Positions 1-11,566 of a DNA stretch of 40,467 bases are shown one piece after another. A program made the position numbers and the translations under genes. The DNA is from Chiloscyllium plagiosum (Eukaryota): the NCBI RefSeq assembly GCF_004010195.1, contig NW_025215028.1, forward strand, positions 18,770-59,236. The letters are read 5' to 3'. The number at the start of each line of letters is the position of its first letter. Position 1 is the first letter of the stretch. The notes below the pieces were generated by a model. It had not been told where the DNA came from. It saw only the letters and a list, made by a program, of their open reading frames with translations, and did no database searches.

Positions 1-283
1 CTGCTGCCTCACAGCGCCAGAGACCCGGGTTCAATTCCCGCCTCAGGCGACTGACTGTGTGGAGTTTGCACGTTCTCCCCGTGTCCGCGTGGGTTTCCTC
101 CGGGTGCTCCGGTTTCCGCCCACAGTCCAAAGATGTGCAGGGCAGGTGAATTGACCATGCTAAATTGCCTGTAGTGTTAGGTAAGGGGTAAATGTAGGGG
201 TATGGGTGGTTTGCACTTCGGCGGGTCGGTGTGGACTTGTTGGGCCGAAGGGCCTTTTTCCACACTGTAATGTAAAAATGTAA
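1..283 (+). mobile_element. tRNA-derived V-SINE (HE1-like shark SINE), 5' end cut by window edge
   Basis: B-box gggttcaattccc (26-38), V-domain ctgtgtggagtttgcacgttctccccgtgtccgcgtgggtttcctccgggtgctccggtttcc, and 3' tail ttgggccgaagggcct..ttccacactgt resembling the CR1 3' ends in this window. Confidence 0.9.
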
Positions 284-569
284 ACTGAGGGGTTTAGTTG
301 TTGGAGAGAAGCCTTCTCACCCATTGGTGTAATTGTCCACCATCTTTTATGAGTAAACATGCCAGAGTGTAGATCTGCAGAACTTAGATGTGATGCAAAA
401 ACAGAAATTACTGGTGAAACAAGCAGAGTGCCATTGGTTGTGTAATCGCTTGTTCCATACAAAAGTCATCTTGTTTGCAGCTTCACCAGGTTGGAACTTC
501 AGATATTTGTTTTCAGTGCTCCTGTTTGTTGGTCCTGATGTACTTTTCATTGAAGCAATCTGAAGACTT

Positions 570-1000
570 GCTATTCATATACTCACCCAGATGCCTTTTC
601 AATGTTGCAATTGTACCAGCTTCCACCATCGAGCCATAGGGTCCTACAGCATGGAAACAGACCCTTTGACGGATCCACTCCAAGCTGAACATACTCCCAA
701 AAGAAAATGGTTCCATCCGCCTGCTCCTGATCGGTATCGCCACAAACCCTTCCTATTCATATCTTTGTTCCATACATACATCATCTCTGCATGAAGGAAT
801 TGCCCTTCAGGTCGCTTTGAAATCTTTCCCTTCTCTTTAAACCTAAACCCTCTAATTTTGGACTCTGTCACCCTGGGGAGGACCTTGGTTATTTACCCGA
901 TCCATGCCCTTCGTGATTTTATGAGCCTCTATAAATTCTTCCCTCAGCCTCTGACGCCCGACAGTAAAAAAAAAGCCACAGGCTATCCACCACCCCAGAA
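570..1000 (-). mobile_element. CR1 LINE 3'-end fragments (part of the 3' segment present twice)
   Basis: Minus ORF contains VEAGTIATLKRHLGEYMN; cagcatggaaacagaccctt tail matches other CR1 3' ends here. Confidence 0.75.
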
Positions 1001-1300
1001 CTCAATCTTTCCAGTCAGATATGTCGGGCTAATAGTCGATGATTGCCTATTCAATCTATAATTCTGATGCTGCAGATGGCCCACTGAACTTCATGGACAC
1101 CTCGGCATGAGTTGGTCGACAATGTCAGCAAAGTGGGATTCCGTGAGCATGAATATGATCGATTGTCGCTGGATTAGACTGTGAGAAATATCCCGCAGGT
1201 CAGATTTAGGTTTTATACAATAAAGAGTTAACTCCCCTTTATTCCTTTAAATCTTAAAATTCAACCAAAATAAATGTATTTTTAGTTGAAGATTATTCAC

Positions 1301-1399
1301 TTCAATAATCAGAATGCACACCTAATTATTGCTGAATTTAGTAACTGTAGTCACCAGCTGATTATTGCTCAGTTCAATAACCGCAGTAAACAGCTGATT
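1301..1399. repeat. Degenerate 36-bp tandem repeat, about 2.7 copies
   Basis: Units start at 1301, 1337 and 1373 (tt[c/t]a[a/g]taa...ct[a/g]attattgct). Confidence 0.7.
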
Positions 1400-2196
1400 C
1401 ATGTTCTGATGAGTAAACACATGATCTTTGCAATGCCATATGCATCAAAAATCCAATTGAAAAGGCCTGAATCTAAATATAGTCTTGCTGGACCACACTG
1501 GCACCTCCAGTACAGAGTGAGCAGCTCCTAAATATCTCCAGACAGCTCCCAAACTGGATCTGGACAGTTATTCAAACATGTCCTCACAACAGATAATTTA
1601 GAGTCGTTCTTGGACAAAGGGGAAGTGCAAGGAGCAGACTGGCCAATAGATCAGCACAAGGCTCAGTACAATTTTCACCATTTATATAAATGATCAGCCA
1701 ATGACCATGTCTCGAATGTTCGTCCATGTTGATGAGATCAAGTGTGCCTCATAAGCTTCATAATTCTCCACTTTGGAGCAGATCCTTACTGAAGGTGTTA
1801 GAAAAGTGATGGATTACATGGGATCCTGTATTGAATCCCATGAAATTTTATGAAGATGTTTTCAATATCGTATTGATCATTAACAGCAAAATGTCAATAT
1901 TGAAGATCATAAATCCTCTCATCATAGCCACTTGATTGAACAATAAACAAATCCACCCATTTGTTTAGTTCAATTTAAGACTGAAATCTAACGAAAACAT
2001 AGCTCCCAACTGAAGAGTCTGGTTATCGCACCCAAGACCAAATTATTATTTAGCCCAAGCACTTTGGAAATATCCAATTATTTTGACCTCGAATTCAAAT
2101 ACTCCACACCTAATTGTTTTCATGACAATAATGTAATTTCGTTTCCAAATATTCCAGCAACAAGAACATATTGAATTATTTCTATCTATCTCACAT

Positions 2197-2388
2197 GTGA
2201 GTGATCTGGGGTATGAATTTCAGTGTCCATGTGATATTATGTACGTAGGCCGTGCCTCTGAAAAACTGACAGATTGTTCCAAACAGCATATCATTTCAGG
2301 TCTTCACAAAAAGCAAGGTACTGCCTGCACCCAACCAGCTTACTCTCACAAAACCTCAAACCCAGTGTCCATCATGAGTCATGACTGA
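2197..2388 (+). mobile_element. Penelope-like element GIY-YIG endonuclease remnant
   Basis: YEFQCPCDIMYVGRASEKLTDCSKQHI fits the PLE GIY-YIG pattern VY.f.C.C...YVG.T...L..R..QH. Confidence 0.7.
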
Positions 2389-2399
2389 AAAACATTTGT

Positions 2400-3700
2400 A
2401 ATGAATTCTCATCCATTCATGGGAATTGCTGGCTGGGCAAGCATTTATTGCTCATCTCTAGTGGCTGTTGAGAATCTGTTGGTGAGCTGCTTCCTTGAAC
2501 TGTAGTTATCTGTATGCAGTACACAGAGTTACAATATCATTACGGACGACTGTGAAATAGACAGGCAGGAGGCTGGAAGAACACAGCAAGCCAGGCAGCA
2601 TCAAGAGGTGGAGAAGCCAATATTTCAGGTGAAACCATTCTTCAGGACTGGGCTAACTGGAGGTGGAGATGTCGGTTTTTTGTCTCTAATGAAATACTGT
2701 GAAACAGAGATACTTACAAAATGGTGATATATTTCCAAACAAGGATGATGATTGACTTGGAAAAGAATTTGTAGTGCACGGTGATCCCATGTATCAGCTG
2801 CTTGTGTCCTTCTAGATGGTTGTGGGTATGGAAGGTTTTGTCTGAGGAACTTTGGAGAATTTCTACAATGCATCTAGTTGTTGGTACATATTGCTGCTAC
2901 TAAGAGTCAGTGGTGGAAATATGATGGTTGTGATGGCCGTCAAGTGAACTGTTTTATCCCAGATAGGGTCAAGCTTCTTGAATGTTGTTGCAGCCTCACA
3001 CATCTCGGTAACTGGGGAATGATACACCACAGTCCTGAGTTGGACATTGCAGGTGGTGGACAGATGGAAATCAGAAAGTGAGTTATTCTCTGCAGTATTC
3101 CTAGCTTCAGCCCTGCCTTGTCACCACTGTATTTACATGCATACTCCAGTTCAATTTCTGGACAACGGTAATCTCAAGGTGGTGGTAGTTGAGGAATCAG
3201 CTATCACTTTCCTGATGAGTGCCACGTAGTTAGTGAAGAGACTTTCAGCGTCATGCATTAGTCGCTGCAGTATTCTTGCCTTCTGACCTGCACATGTAGT
3301 CACAGTATTTATATTGTGAGTGCAGTTCATTTTCAGTGCAATAGTAACTCCCGGATTGTTAATCGTAGGGGATTCAGTATCAGCAGAGCCACTGAATCTA
3401 AAGAGGCTTTAGGTGATCTCTTATTAGAGGTGGGATTGCTTGGCATTTGTTGGGCACAAACGTTAATTGTCACTTGTCAGCCCAGAGGTTAAAGTTGCTG
3501 GGATCTTCCTGCATTGCAAATGGAGTATCTGAGGAACTACAAATGCTGCTAAAAATTGGGTGTTTATCAGTGAGCACGCTGACTTAGGACATTATGATTG
3601 AGGGACGATCAGTCAGTAAAGATATTTAGGCATCGGGCACAATCATGAGGAACATCTGCAGGTATGTCCTGGAGCTTAGATGGCTGACCTGCAATAACCA
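2400..3700 (-). mobile_element. Old degraded LINE (probably CR1/L2 group) 3' portion
   Basis: gctggctgggcaagcatttattgctcatc...gtgagctgcttccttgaac recurs at about 36010 and 39150; reverse-orientation homology to 14650-15640. Confidence 0.6.
2552..2650 (-). ncRNA. Degenerate hammerhead-ribozyme-bearing short repeat (type A)
   Basis: Minus strand: CUGAAGA(2645-2639)-A-UGGU-UUC-ACCU-GAAA-UAUUG, followed by gatgctgcctggcttgctgtgttcttccagc shared with the other copies. Confidence 0.55.
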
Positions 3701-3709
3701 AATTAATTT

Positions 3710-3815
3710 CTGTGGGTCTGGAGTCACATGTAGCTCAAACCAGGTAATATCGGCAATTTATTTTCCCAAAAGGGCATTAAAGAACAAAGAGGGTTTTTAC
3801 AACAATTGATACAAT
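3710..3815 (-). mobile_element. SINE-like interspersed repeat fragment, family not determined
   Basis: tctggagtcacatgtag...ccaggtaa...gggcatta...gggtttt also at about 16220-16330 and 40395-40467. Confidence 0.55.
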
Positions 3816-5123
3816 TTCACGCTTAATATGAGAGACGTAATTCCATATATGTATTAAAACGCTTTCTCTCATCTGTCATTCATAAGATTTGATCTAGGTC
3901 ATGATACTTCTGAATGTCTGAATATCAGGCAACTCAAGAGCTGGCGTCGTGGCTGATTTAGAACCTAATTTGATATTTCTGTTGCAAATACAAAGTAGTG
4001 GTTTAATTTTTGTTATTTATCATTTGGTGCAATGTTAAATTGCTTCTATTTGGTTTCTAGAAAATGTGAATACAGACAGACGAAGTGGGGTCAGTAGCTC
4101 CATTAACCTGTGTTTACTGTGAACAATTATGAGGCAATCCAGTTTGCTTCTGATTGAGATGGGTTAGTATACTTGCTCAGTGGGAAGTTTGAAGGAAGTA
4201 TAGATGAACAGAGAGAATTGTTTTCCCATGCAAAGGCAAATATTAAATAGAAAGGCAGAAACGTAATTTACACGTGAGTGGGTTATGTATATTTGTGCGC
4301 ACACGCATGTCTAATATCTGCGTGTGTAAAATACCTGAGACATTCTTCCACATTGTGATAGTTTTATTAAGATCTCTTGCAATCACTTAGTCTCAAAAGA
4401 CTTTGAAATGTGCTCACATGAAAAATTAGAATCGAAAACCAGTAATTAGAGAGCACATTTTTCCACAACTCAGTAAGGATGGGAACAGCATTGGGGAGGA
4501 AAGATTTATGAAAACAAAACAACAACCTGGCTGTCAGTCCCTGTTGAGCAGATTTCGGGATGATGCGAGCAGATATTGTATGTTTAGTGAGCTTAAATTG
4601 AACAAACCCCAAGGTCTGGAGGAATTATAACCAAAGAAACGAGGGAAGACCCTCTCCCAAACCATTAATTCCTCTCTGGCCACTGGGGAATTGTCAGAGA
4701 ACTGGAGGACAACTGACTTTTCAAGATGGTGGTGGAGATACACCGGGAATTACAGACCACTGATTGTCGCTTTGATGCATCGGAAACTATTGGAGAAACT
4801 TCCAAAGGAGAGAATTAATCTCCATTTTGAGAGGCAAAGTTTGATCATGTACAATCAGTGCGGCTCTGTCAGACTGGAGGGAGAAATTTCCTCACAAATC
4901 TGATACAGTTTTAAGAGGAGACGGCCAGTTCTGTAGACGAGGGTAGAGAATTGATCTGGTTTCTATGGATTTCCATAAAGCCTTTGACATGGGCTCCACA
5001 TAGATGATCGAGAACTAAAACAAAAGCACATGTCATCCAGAATAAATTAGCTGATTGGCTCCAAATTGTACCAGTTAGAGAAGGCAGACATTGTTGGTAG
5101 AAGTCTGTGTTTTTGGAGGCTTG

Positions 5124-5560
5124 TGAATTGAATTGAATTGAATTTATTGTCACTTGTACTGAGGCACAGTGAAAAGCTTTGTCTTGCAAGCAATACTTGC
5201 AGATCACGTAGTTAAGTAACATAGATAAGGAAATAATAGGTAAACAGCGGCAAATACAAAAACACAGGGACAGGCGAATATTAACAGTTTGTGAGTCTAT
5301 TCAGTATTCTAACAACAATAGTTTATAAACTGTTTCGAAACCGGCTGGTGTGTGTTTTCAGGCTTCTGTATATTCTCCTTGACATTCAAGGTTGTAGAAA
5401 AACATTGTCAGGGAAGGATGGATATTTAAGAATGCTGGCAGCCTTTCCTTGACAGCGGGCCTGGTAGATGGATTCGATAGTTAGGAGGTTGGTCTTTGTG
5501 ATGGTCACCACTCTCTGTAACCATCTCCGATCTTGAACGGTAAAGATACCATATCAGGTA
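5124..5560 (-). mobile_element. 3' end of a different LINE (possibly Rex1/Babar) with (GAATT)n tail
   Basis: tgaattgaattgaattgaatttattgtcac tail at 5124; not colinear with the flanking CR1; clade assignment tentative. Confidence 0.45.
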
Positions 5561-5765
5561 GTAGTGGTGTCCAGTGGGTGTACCATAGAGATCAATGCTG
5601 GATCCCTTATTGTTTATAATAATCATAAATGATAATGATGTGTACGTGTGTGTTTGTGCACATGTTGGGGGAGGGAGCGGGGAAGGTGATTGGGGATGAT
5701 AAGTAAACTTGCTGATGACACAAATATTGCCTGGGGGTTTGGCAGTGAGGAAAATCGTCTTAGAA

Positions 5766-6830
5766 GCATAGAGTCATAGAGATGTACAGCACGAAACACA
5801 CTCTTCGTCCAACCCGTTCAGGCCGACCATATATCTCAACCCAGTCCAGTACCACCTGCCAGCACTCGACCCATATCCCTCCAAATTCGTCCTATTCATA
5901 TAGTCGTCCAAAAGCCTTTTAAATATTGCAATTGTACCTGCCGCCACCACTTCCTCTGGCAATTCATTCCATACATGTACCACCCTCTGCGTGAAAACAT
6001 TGTATCTTAGATCTCTTTTATATCTTCATCCTCTCACCCTAAATCTATACCCTCTAGTTCTGGACTTCTCCCACTCCGGGAAAGAGACTTTGTCTATTTA
6101 TCCTATCCATGCCCTTCATTATTTTGTAAACCTCTATAAGGTCACCTTTCCACCTCCAGGCCCCAGGGAATACAGCCCAGCCTCTTTAGTTCTCCCTCTA
6201 CTTCAAATCTGACAACACCCCTGTATATCTTTTCTGAACCCTTTCAGGTTTCACATCTTTCCGTTAGGAAGGAGTACATAATTGCACACAACATTCCAAC
6301 AGTGGCCTAACCAATGTCCTATACACCCGCAAAATTAACTCCCAACTACTGTATTCAATACTCCGAATCAAGAAAGAACCCACTCTACTCCCTACTGCAG
6401 ACTTTCTGTAGGCCATCTGAAACAATTAACTAATCTGATTCTGTACTGTGAACTTCGCCCAAACAGTTCCTCCAAGAACAGTTGTGAATTTCACTGTTTG
6501 TTAATTTTGCCAGATGCACTTCGATGTCCAGTGATACATGAATTCAAACAGCAAAAGCAATAACTGTTCAGGTTCACTCTAGTGTCAGTTTCTTTCTGTC
6601 TCTCTCCTGCCCTGACCTCACCGTGTTCTTCCTTTGTCTGTGTTTCTCTCTTTTAAAACTGCTGCTGTTTGACTTTTTTTCCGAAGTTCCAAAACAATGC
6701 AACTGTGTATGAACCAATGCTGCTCCTGGAAATGGAGGAAATCGCCTCCAGCACCTAAATTACCTCAAAAAAGCAAGCAGCTGTTACAGAAATTGTTCTT
6801 GTCCTCCATATTGGATTACCCTGAATCCTC
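5766..6830 (-). mobile_element. Internally deleted CR1: 5'UTR-like part (6365-6830) joined to 3' end (5766-6360)
   Basis: 3' part encodes VWNELPEEVVAAGTIAIFKRLLD with a ctctatgactctatg tail; 6375-6560 is homologous to 27228-27418, upstream of ORF1 in another CR1. Confidence 0.75.
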
Positions 6831-6970
6831 TGGTTACAGACAGAAATAGTCAGATTGATCAGATGGGCAGAATAGTGGCAGATGGAATTTAATTCTGATA
6901 ACTGAGGTCATGAAGTTGACAGAAATTACAAGACAAGGCAGTACTTAATGAATGCTAGCACAGTAGAACC

Positions 6971-7122
6971 TCAAAGGAGGCAAAGGTGAGGACTGTAGAT
7001 GCTGGAAATGAGAGTCCAGAATGTGGTGCTGGAAAAGAACAGCAGGTCAGGAGGGATTCAACTGTCAGGAGAATCGATGTTTCAGTCAAAAAGCCCTTCA
7101 ACAGGAAATGGACTTCAAAGGA
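6971..7122 (-). ncRNA. Hammerhead-bearing short insert (type A, mutated core) with candidate TSD tcaaagga
   Basis: Minus strand: CUGUUGA-A-GGGC-UUUUUGACU-GAAACAUC-GAUUC; tcaaagga at 6971-6978 and 7115-7122; interrupts the old CR1. Confidence 0.65.
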
Positions 7123-7180
7123 ACTAAATGATCTTGAGGTGCTTCTCAACAGATCCCTGAAGGCAGCAGGGTAGGTTAAT

Positions 7181-10100
7181 GGGGCCTGTTCTGGGGAAGG
7201 TGGGACTATTACAATTTGGATTGTCTACACCTGAACCAGACTGCAAATAATGTGTTGGGGGAGTTTTTGCTACTGCTGTTGGAAAGGTTTCAAACTAATG
7301 TTACAGGGGGCTGGGAACCAGAAGAGAAGACAAGTAGATAGCGAGGTGAAAACTGGAGTATGTAAGAATCATGAAGTTAGCATTAATAAGAGGAGGAGTA
7401 GGCAGAGAACAGATGAATGCAAAAGAACTGGTGATGTGAAATGCATATACTTTAATGCAAGGAGTATAGTGGGTAAGGCATATGAAGTTAGGGCTTGCAT
7501 TGGTGCCTGGGAGTATGACGTCATTGGAATCCAGAGGCTTGGTTGAAGGAAGGCCATGATTGGCAACGAAATGTTCCAGGAAATAAATGCTTCACACAGG
7601 GCAGGGAGGGAAGTAAAAGGGGTATGGAGTTGCATTGCTGGTCAGGGATGATATCACGGCTGTGCTAAAAGAGGACACTATAGAGGGGTTGAGTAGTGAG
7701 GCGTTATGGATGGAGCTAAGAAATAATACTGTGCATTAACATTGTTGGGGCTGTATTACAGGCCTCCCGCCAGTGAGTGTGAGGTAGAAGACCAAATAGG
7801 TAAAGAGATTATGGAAAGATGTGGAGGCAACAGGGTGGTGGTGATGGACGATTTTAATTTTCCCAACTTTGACTGGGATACATTTAGTGTCAGAGGTATG
7901 GACGGGGCAGATTTTGTAATAAGCATCCAAGAGAATTTTCCGGGACAGTATCTTAATAGTCCAACGAGGGAAGGGGCCATATTGGACCTGGTGTTTGGGA
8001 ATGAGCCAGGCCAGGTGGTAGAAGTTACGTGGGGGATTTCTTTGGAAACAGTGACAACAATTCTTTAAGGTTTAGAATACTCGTAGACAAAGATGAGAGT
8101 TGTCCTAAGGAAAGAGTACTAAACTGGGCCAATGCTAATTATATCAAAATTAAGCAAGAACTGGAAAATGTGGATTGGACAGTTATTTCAATTGAAGTCC
8201 ACAATTGACATGTGGAAGGCTTTCATAGATAGTTTAAAGATAATGCAGAATAGGCATGTTCCGTTGAAAGCTAAAGATGGGAACGGCAAGATTCTTGAAC
8301 CGTAGAAAACAGGAGAAATCGCATGGCTAGCCAAGTGGAAAAGGAAAATGTGCATAACGTCCCAGCAGCTAAGAACAGAACGGGCCCTGGAGGAATATCG
8401 GGAGAGTAGGATCAGTCTTAAACAAGGAATCAAGCGGGCTAAAAGGGGTCATGAAATAGATTTAGCAAGCAGAATTAAGGAGTATCCCAAAGCCTATTAT
8501 TCTTATATTAGAAGCAAGTGGGTAACTAGAGAAAAGATTGGTCCATAAAGGTTAAGGAAGGAAGGCTGTGTGTCGAACCTGAGAAAATGGGCGAGAGTCT
8601 GATTTATTGCTTTGCATCAATGTTCACTAAGGAGAGGGGCATGATGAACATTGAGATTAGAGATAAATGTTTGTTTACTCTGGATCACGTTGACATAAGT
8701 AGGGAAGATGTATTGGGTAGGCTAGAGGTTATTAAGTTGGACAAATCCCCAGGACCGGATAGGATCTATCGCAGGTTGCTGAGGGAGGTAAGAGAGGAAA
8801 TAGTTGAGACCCTGATGGAAAGTTTGTAGCATCCTTAAACACAGGTGAGGTTCTGGAGTACAGGAGGGTAGCTCATGTTTTCCCCCGTATGAGAAGGGTG
8901 GTAGGGATATTCAAGGTAACTACAGACCAGTGAGCCTGACATCAGTAGTGGGAAAGTTGCTGGAGAAGGTACTGAAGGATAAAATCAATTTATATTTGGA
9001 AACGAATGGGCTTATCAGTTATAGGCAACATGGTTTTAAATGGGGGAGATCGTGCCTTACCAACATAAGAGAGTTCTTTGAGGAAGTGACCAATTGATAG
9101 ATGAAGGAAGGGCTGTAGATGTCATATACATGAACTTTAGTAAGGCATTTGATAAGGATGTCCATGGTTAACTAATAGAGAAAGTGAAGTCACATGGTGC
9201 GCAGGGCGTTCTAGCTCAGTGGATAAAGAACTGGTTGCAACAGGAGACAAAGAGTAGTAGTTGAAGGGAGTTTCCAGAAATGGAGAAAGGTGACCAGTGG
9301 TGTTCCACAAGGATCAGTGCTGAGGCCACTTTTGTTTAAGACATACAAAAATGATCTAGAAGAAGGCACTGTTGGTATGATCAGCAGGTTTTCAGATGTC
9401 ACGAAGATTGGTGGAGTAGCAAAAAGCGTAAGGGACTGTCAAATAATACAGGAGAATATAGATAGACTGGAAAGTTGGGTGGAGACGTGGCAGATGGAGT
9501 TCAATCCAGGAAAATGTGATATGGTGCATTTTGGAATGGCTATTTCTAGAGCGAATTATCCAGTAAACAGAAGACACTTGGGACAAGTTGATGAGCAGAG
9601 AGATCTGGGAGTTCAGGTCCATTTTACCCTTAAGGTTGCTGCACAGGTGGATGGAGTGGTCAAGAAGGCATATAGTATGCATGCCTTCATCGGACGGGGT
9701 GTTGAGTATAAGAGCTGGCAAGTTATGTTAAAATTGTACAAGACATTCGTTTGACTGCATTTAGAATACCGTGTGCAGTTCTGGTCGCTTGCCTGGTATG
9801 GAAGGTGCTAGCTATGAAGAGAGGTTGAGTAGATTAGGAATGTTTTCATTAGAAAAATGGAAATTGAGTGGGGAACGTGACTGAGGTCTACAAAATCAGG
9901 AAGAGTGTGGATAGGGTAGTCAGAGATAAGCTTTTTTCCCAGGGTGAGGGATTCAATAATGAGTGGTCACACTTTGAAGGTGAGAGGAGAAAGATTTAAG
10001 GATGATACACGCAGCAAGTACTTTACTCAGAGGATGGTAGGTGCCTGGAACGCATTGCCAGCAGAGGTCGGAGTGGCAGGCATGGTACATTAATTTAAGA

Positions 10101-10256
10101 CGCGTCTGGACAGATGCATGAGTAGGTTGGGAGCAGAGGAATACAGATGCTTAAGAATTAGGCGACAGGTTTAGACAGTGGATTTGGATCGGCGCAGGCT
10201 TGGAGATCCGAAGGGCCTGTTCCTGGGCTGAAAATTTTCTTTGTTCTTTGTTCTTC
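7181..10256 (+). mobile_element. CR1 LINE, ORF1 3' end plus whole ORF2 region (APE endonuclease and RT), disabled
   Basis: CIYFNARSI, LYYRPP, DDFNFPNFDW, PTREGAILDLV, DKSPGPD, SGVPQGSVL, WQMEFNP; (ctttgtt)n tail; many stops and frameshifts; candidate TSD ttaat at 7176-7180 and 10257-10261. Confidence 0.95.
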
Positions 10257-11391
10257 TTAATAAGACAAATAACGGAGATATGGATTATAAGAGCTGGGAG
10301 GTCCTGGTTGGGCTGTACAGGATTTTGTTTCAGCCACAGTTGGAGTATTGTGTGCGGAACCAGTCACTGTACCATAGGGAGGATGAGATTGCCTTGCAAG
10401 GAGAGCAAAGGTGATTCAGTAGAATGCTGCTTGGGCTGGAGAAATTTAGCTGTAAAGAGGGAGGCTAGGATTGCATTATTTAGCACAGAGATTAGCATTT
10501 ATAAGACTATGATGGACGTGGACAGGGTGAACAGAAAACAGTTGCTCTCCTTAGTCGAGGGGTCGATAATAGGGTGGCATGATTTTGAGCTGAAAAGCCA
10601 GTGGTTTGGGGGAATATGAGGAAAAATCTTCTTACCTCGAAGATGTCAGGATCCTGCAATGCACTGACTGGGAGGGTAGTCCAGGCGAGAAACCTCATAA
10701 CCTTATAAAAAGAATTTGCATAAGTACTTGAAATGTCATAACAATCAAGGCTCCGGGCCCAGTGCTGAGAGTGGGACTGATATAGATTTGGTGTAGTTTT
10801 AGCATGATGGTCCAAAGTGCTCCTTCTGTTCTATTGGATTCTATCATTCTGCAATACTGAAATGAAGATTCATAATCACTTTCTAGTTTGTTCCATTTTG
10901 TTCTGAGGAAATATTTCCCAGTGTAAGTTCCAACTGTTATTGTTGTCAGTATCAGCTTCAGGTTCTGCATTGAAGTACTCATTCACAGATCGAATTTCTC
11001 AAATGTGCTATAAAATTGAATGAACAAGTAAAGCAATGGGATGACAGTGTGCTGTAGAACAGCTCTCAAGGAGCTCTACAATATGAGGGATTGAATGACC
11101 GAATAACCTCAACAATGTGAAGATCATTCACTGAAAAGTATATCAAAACATATTTGATTATTGATGGGACTGCTGGTGAGTGAAATAATATTGCTATTTG
11201 AAGACAAGTTGCAAGTAACATTTGTCACCTAATAGGATCAGATTAATCCAGTCTTTGGGGGAATCAAATACAGACAAAAATCTCAATTATATCAGATCAT
11301 CAAAATAAGCCTATTGTCAAAATCTGTTTGTTCAAAATTATTTTTAAAAATGAAGATGTAATCACAGATTCCCAGTGGAAATACTGTACAA

Positions 11392-11397
11392 TATAAA
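11392..11397 (+). promoter_or_regulatory. Candidate TATA box
   Basis: tataaa about 108 bp upstream of the ATG at 11500; AT-rich context, so weak. Confidence 0.25.
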
Positions 11398-11499
11398 ATA
11401 AAATCTGTCAAACTGGGTCAGCTCCAACTCCGAGCGAATTCTCCAATTCCAGCACATTGACAACAGCAGGAAGGGAGAGTTTGTTTCGCAAACAACACA

Positions 11500-11566
11500 A
11501 TGAATCTGCCAAGGGAAATGGTCTCTAAAGTATATTACACCATCCTTGCTATTGTTTGTGTTCCTG
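11500..11566 (+). CDS. Putative first coding exon of a GPR139/GPR142-like class A GPCR (exon 2 not found)
   Basis: MNLPREMVSKVYYTILAIVCVP plus 1 nt, then GTAAAT donor; same TM1 pattern and phase-1 intron position as exon 1 at 30918-30855. Confidence 0.7.

Larger units (their letters stand above)
4560..10850 (+). mobile_element. Old CR1 ORF2/3' end split into pieces (about 4560-5120, 5565-5765, 6830-7180, 10260-10850) by nested insertions
   Basis: Colinear RT motifs: GNYRP (~4745), MDFHKAFD (~4965), degenerate GVPQGS (~5577), KLADDT (~5705), WQMEFN (~6877), RSLKAAG (~7150), then the 3' region to ~10850. Confidence 0.75.

Noticed and set aside
7181..10256. Active reverse transcriptase gene or retron-like system
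   Set aside because: Ordinary CR1 ORF2 with many stops and frameshifts; the catalytic FADD reads FSDV
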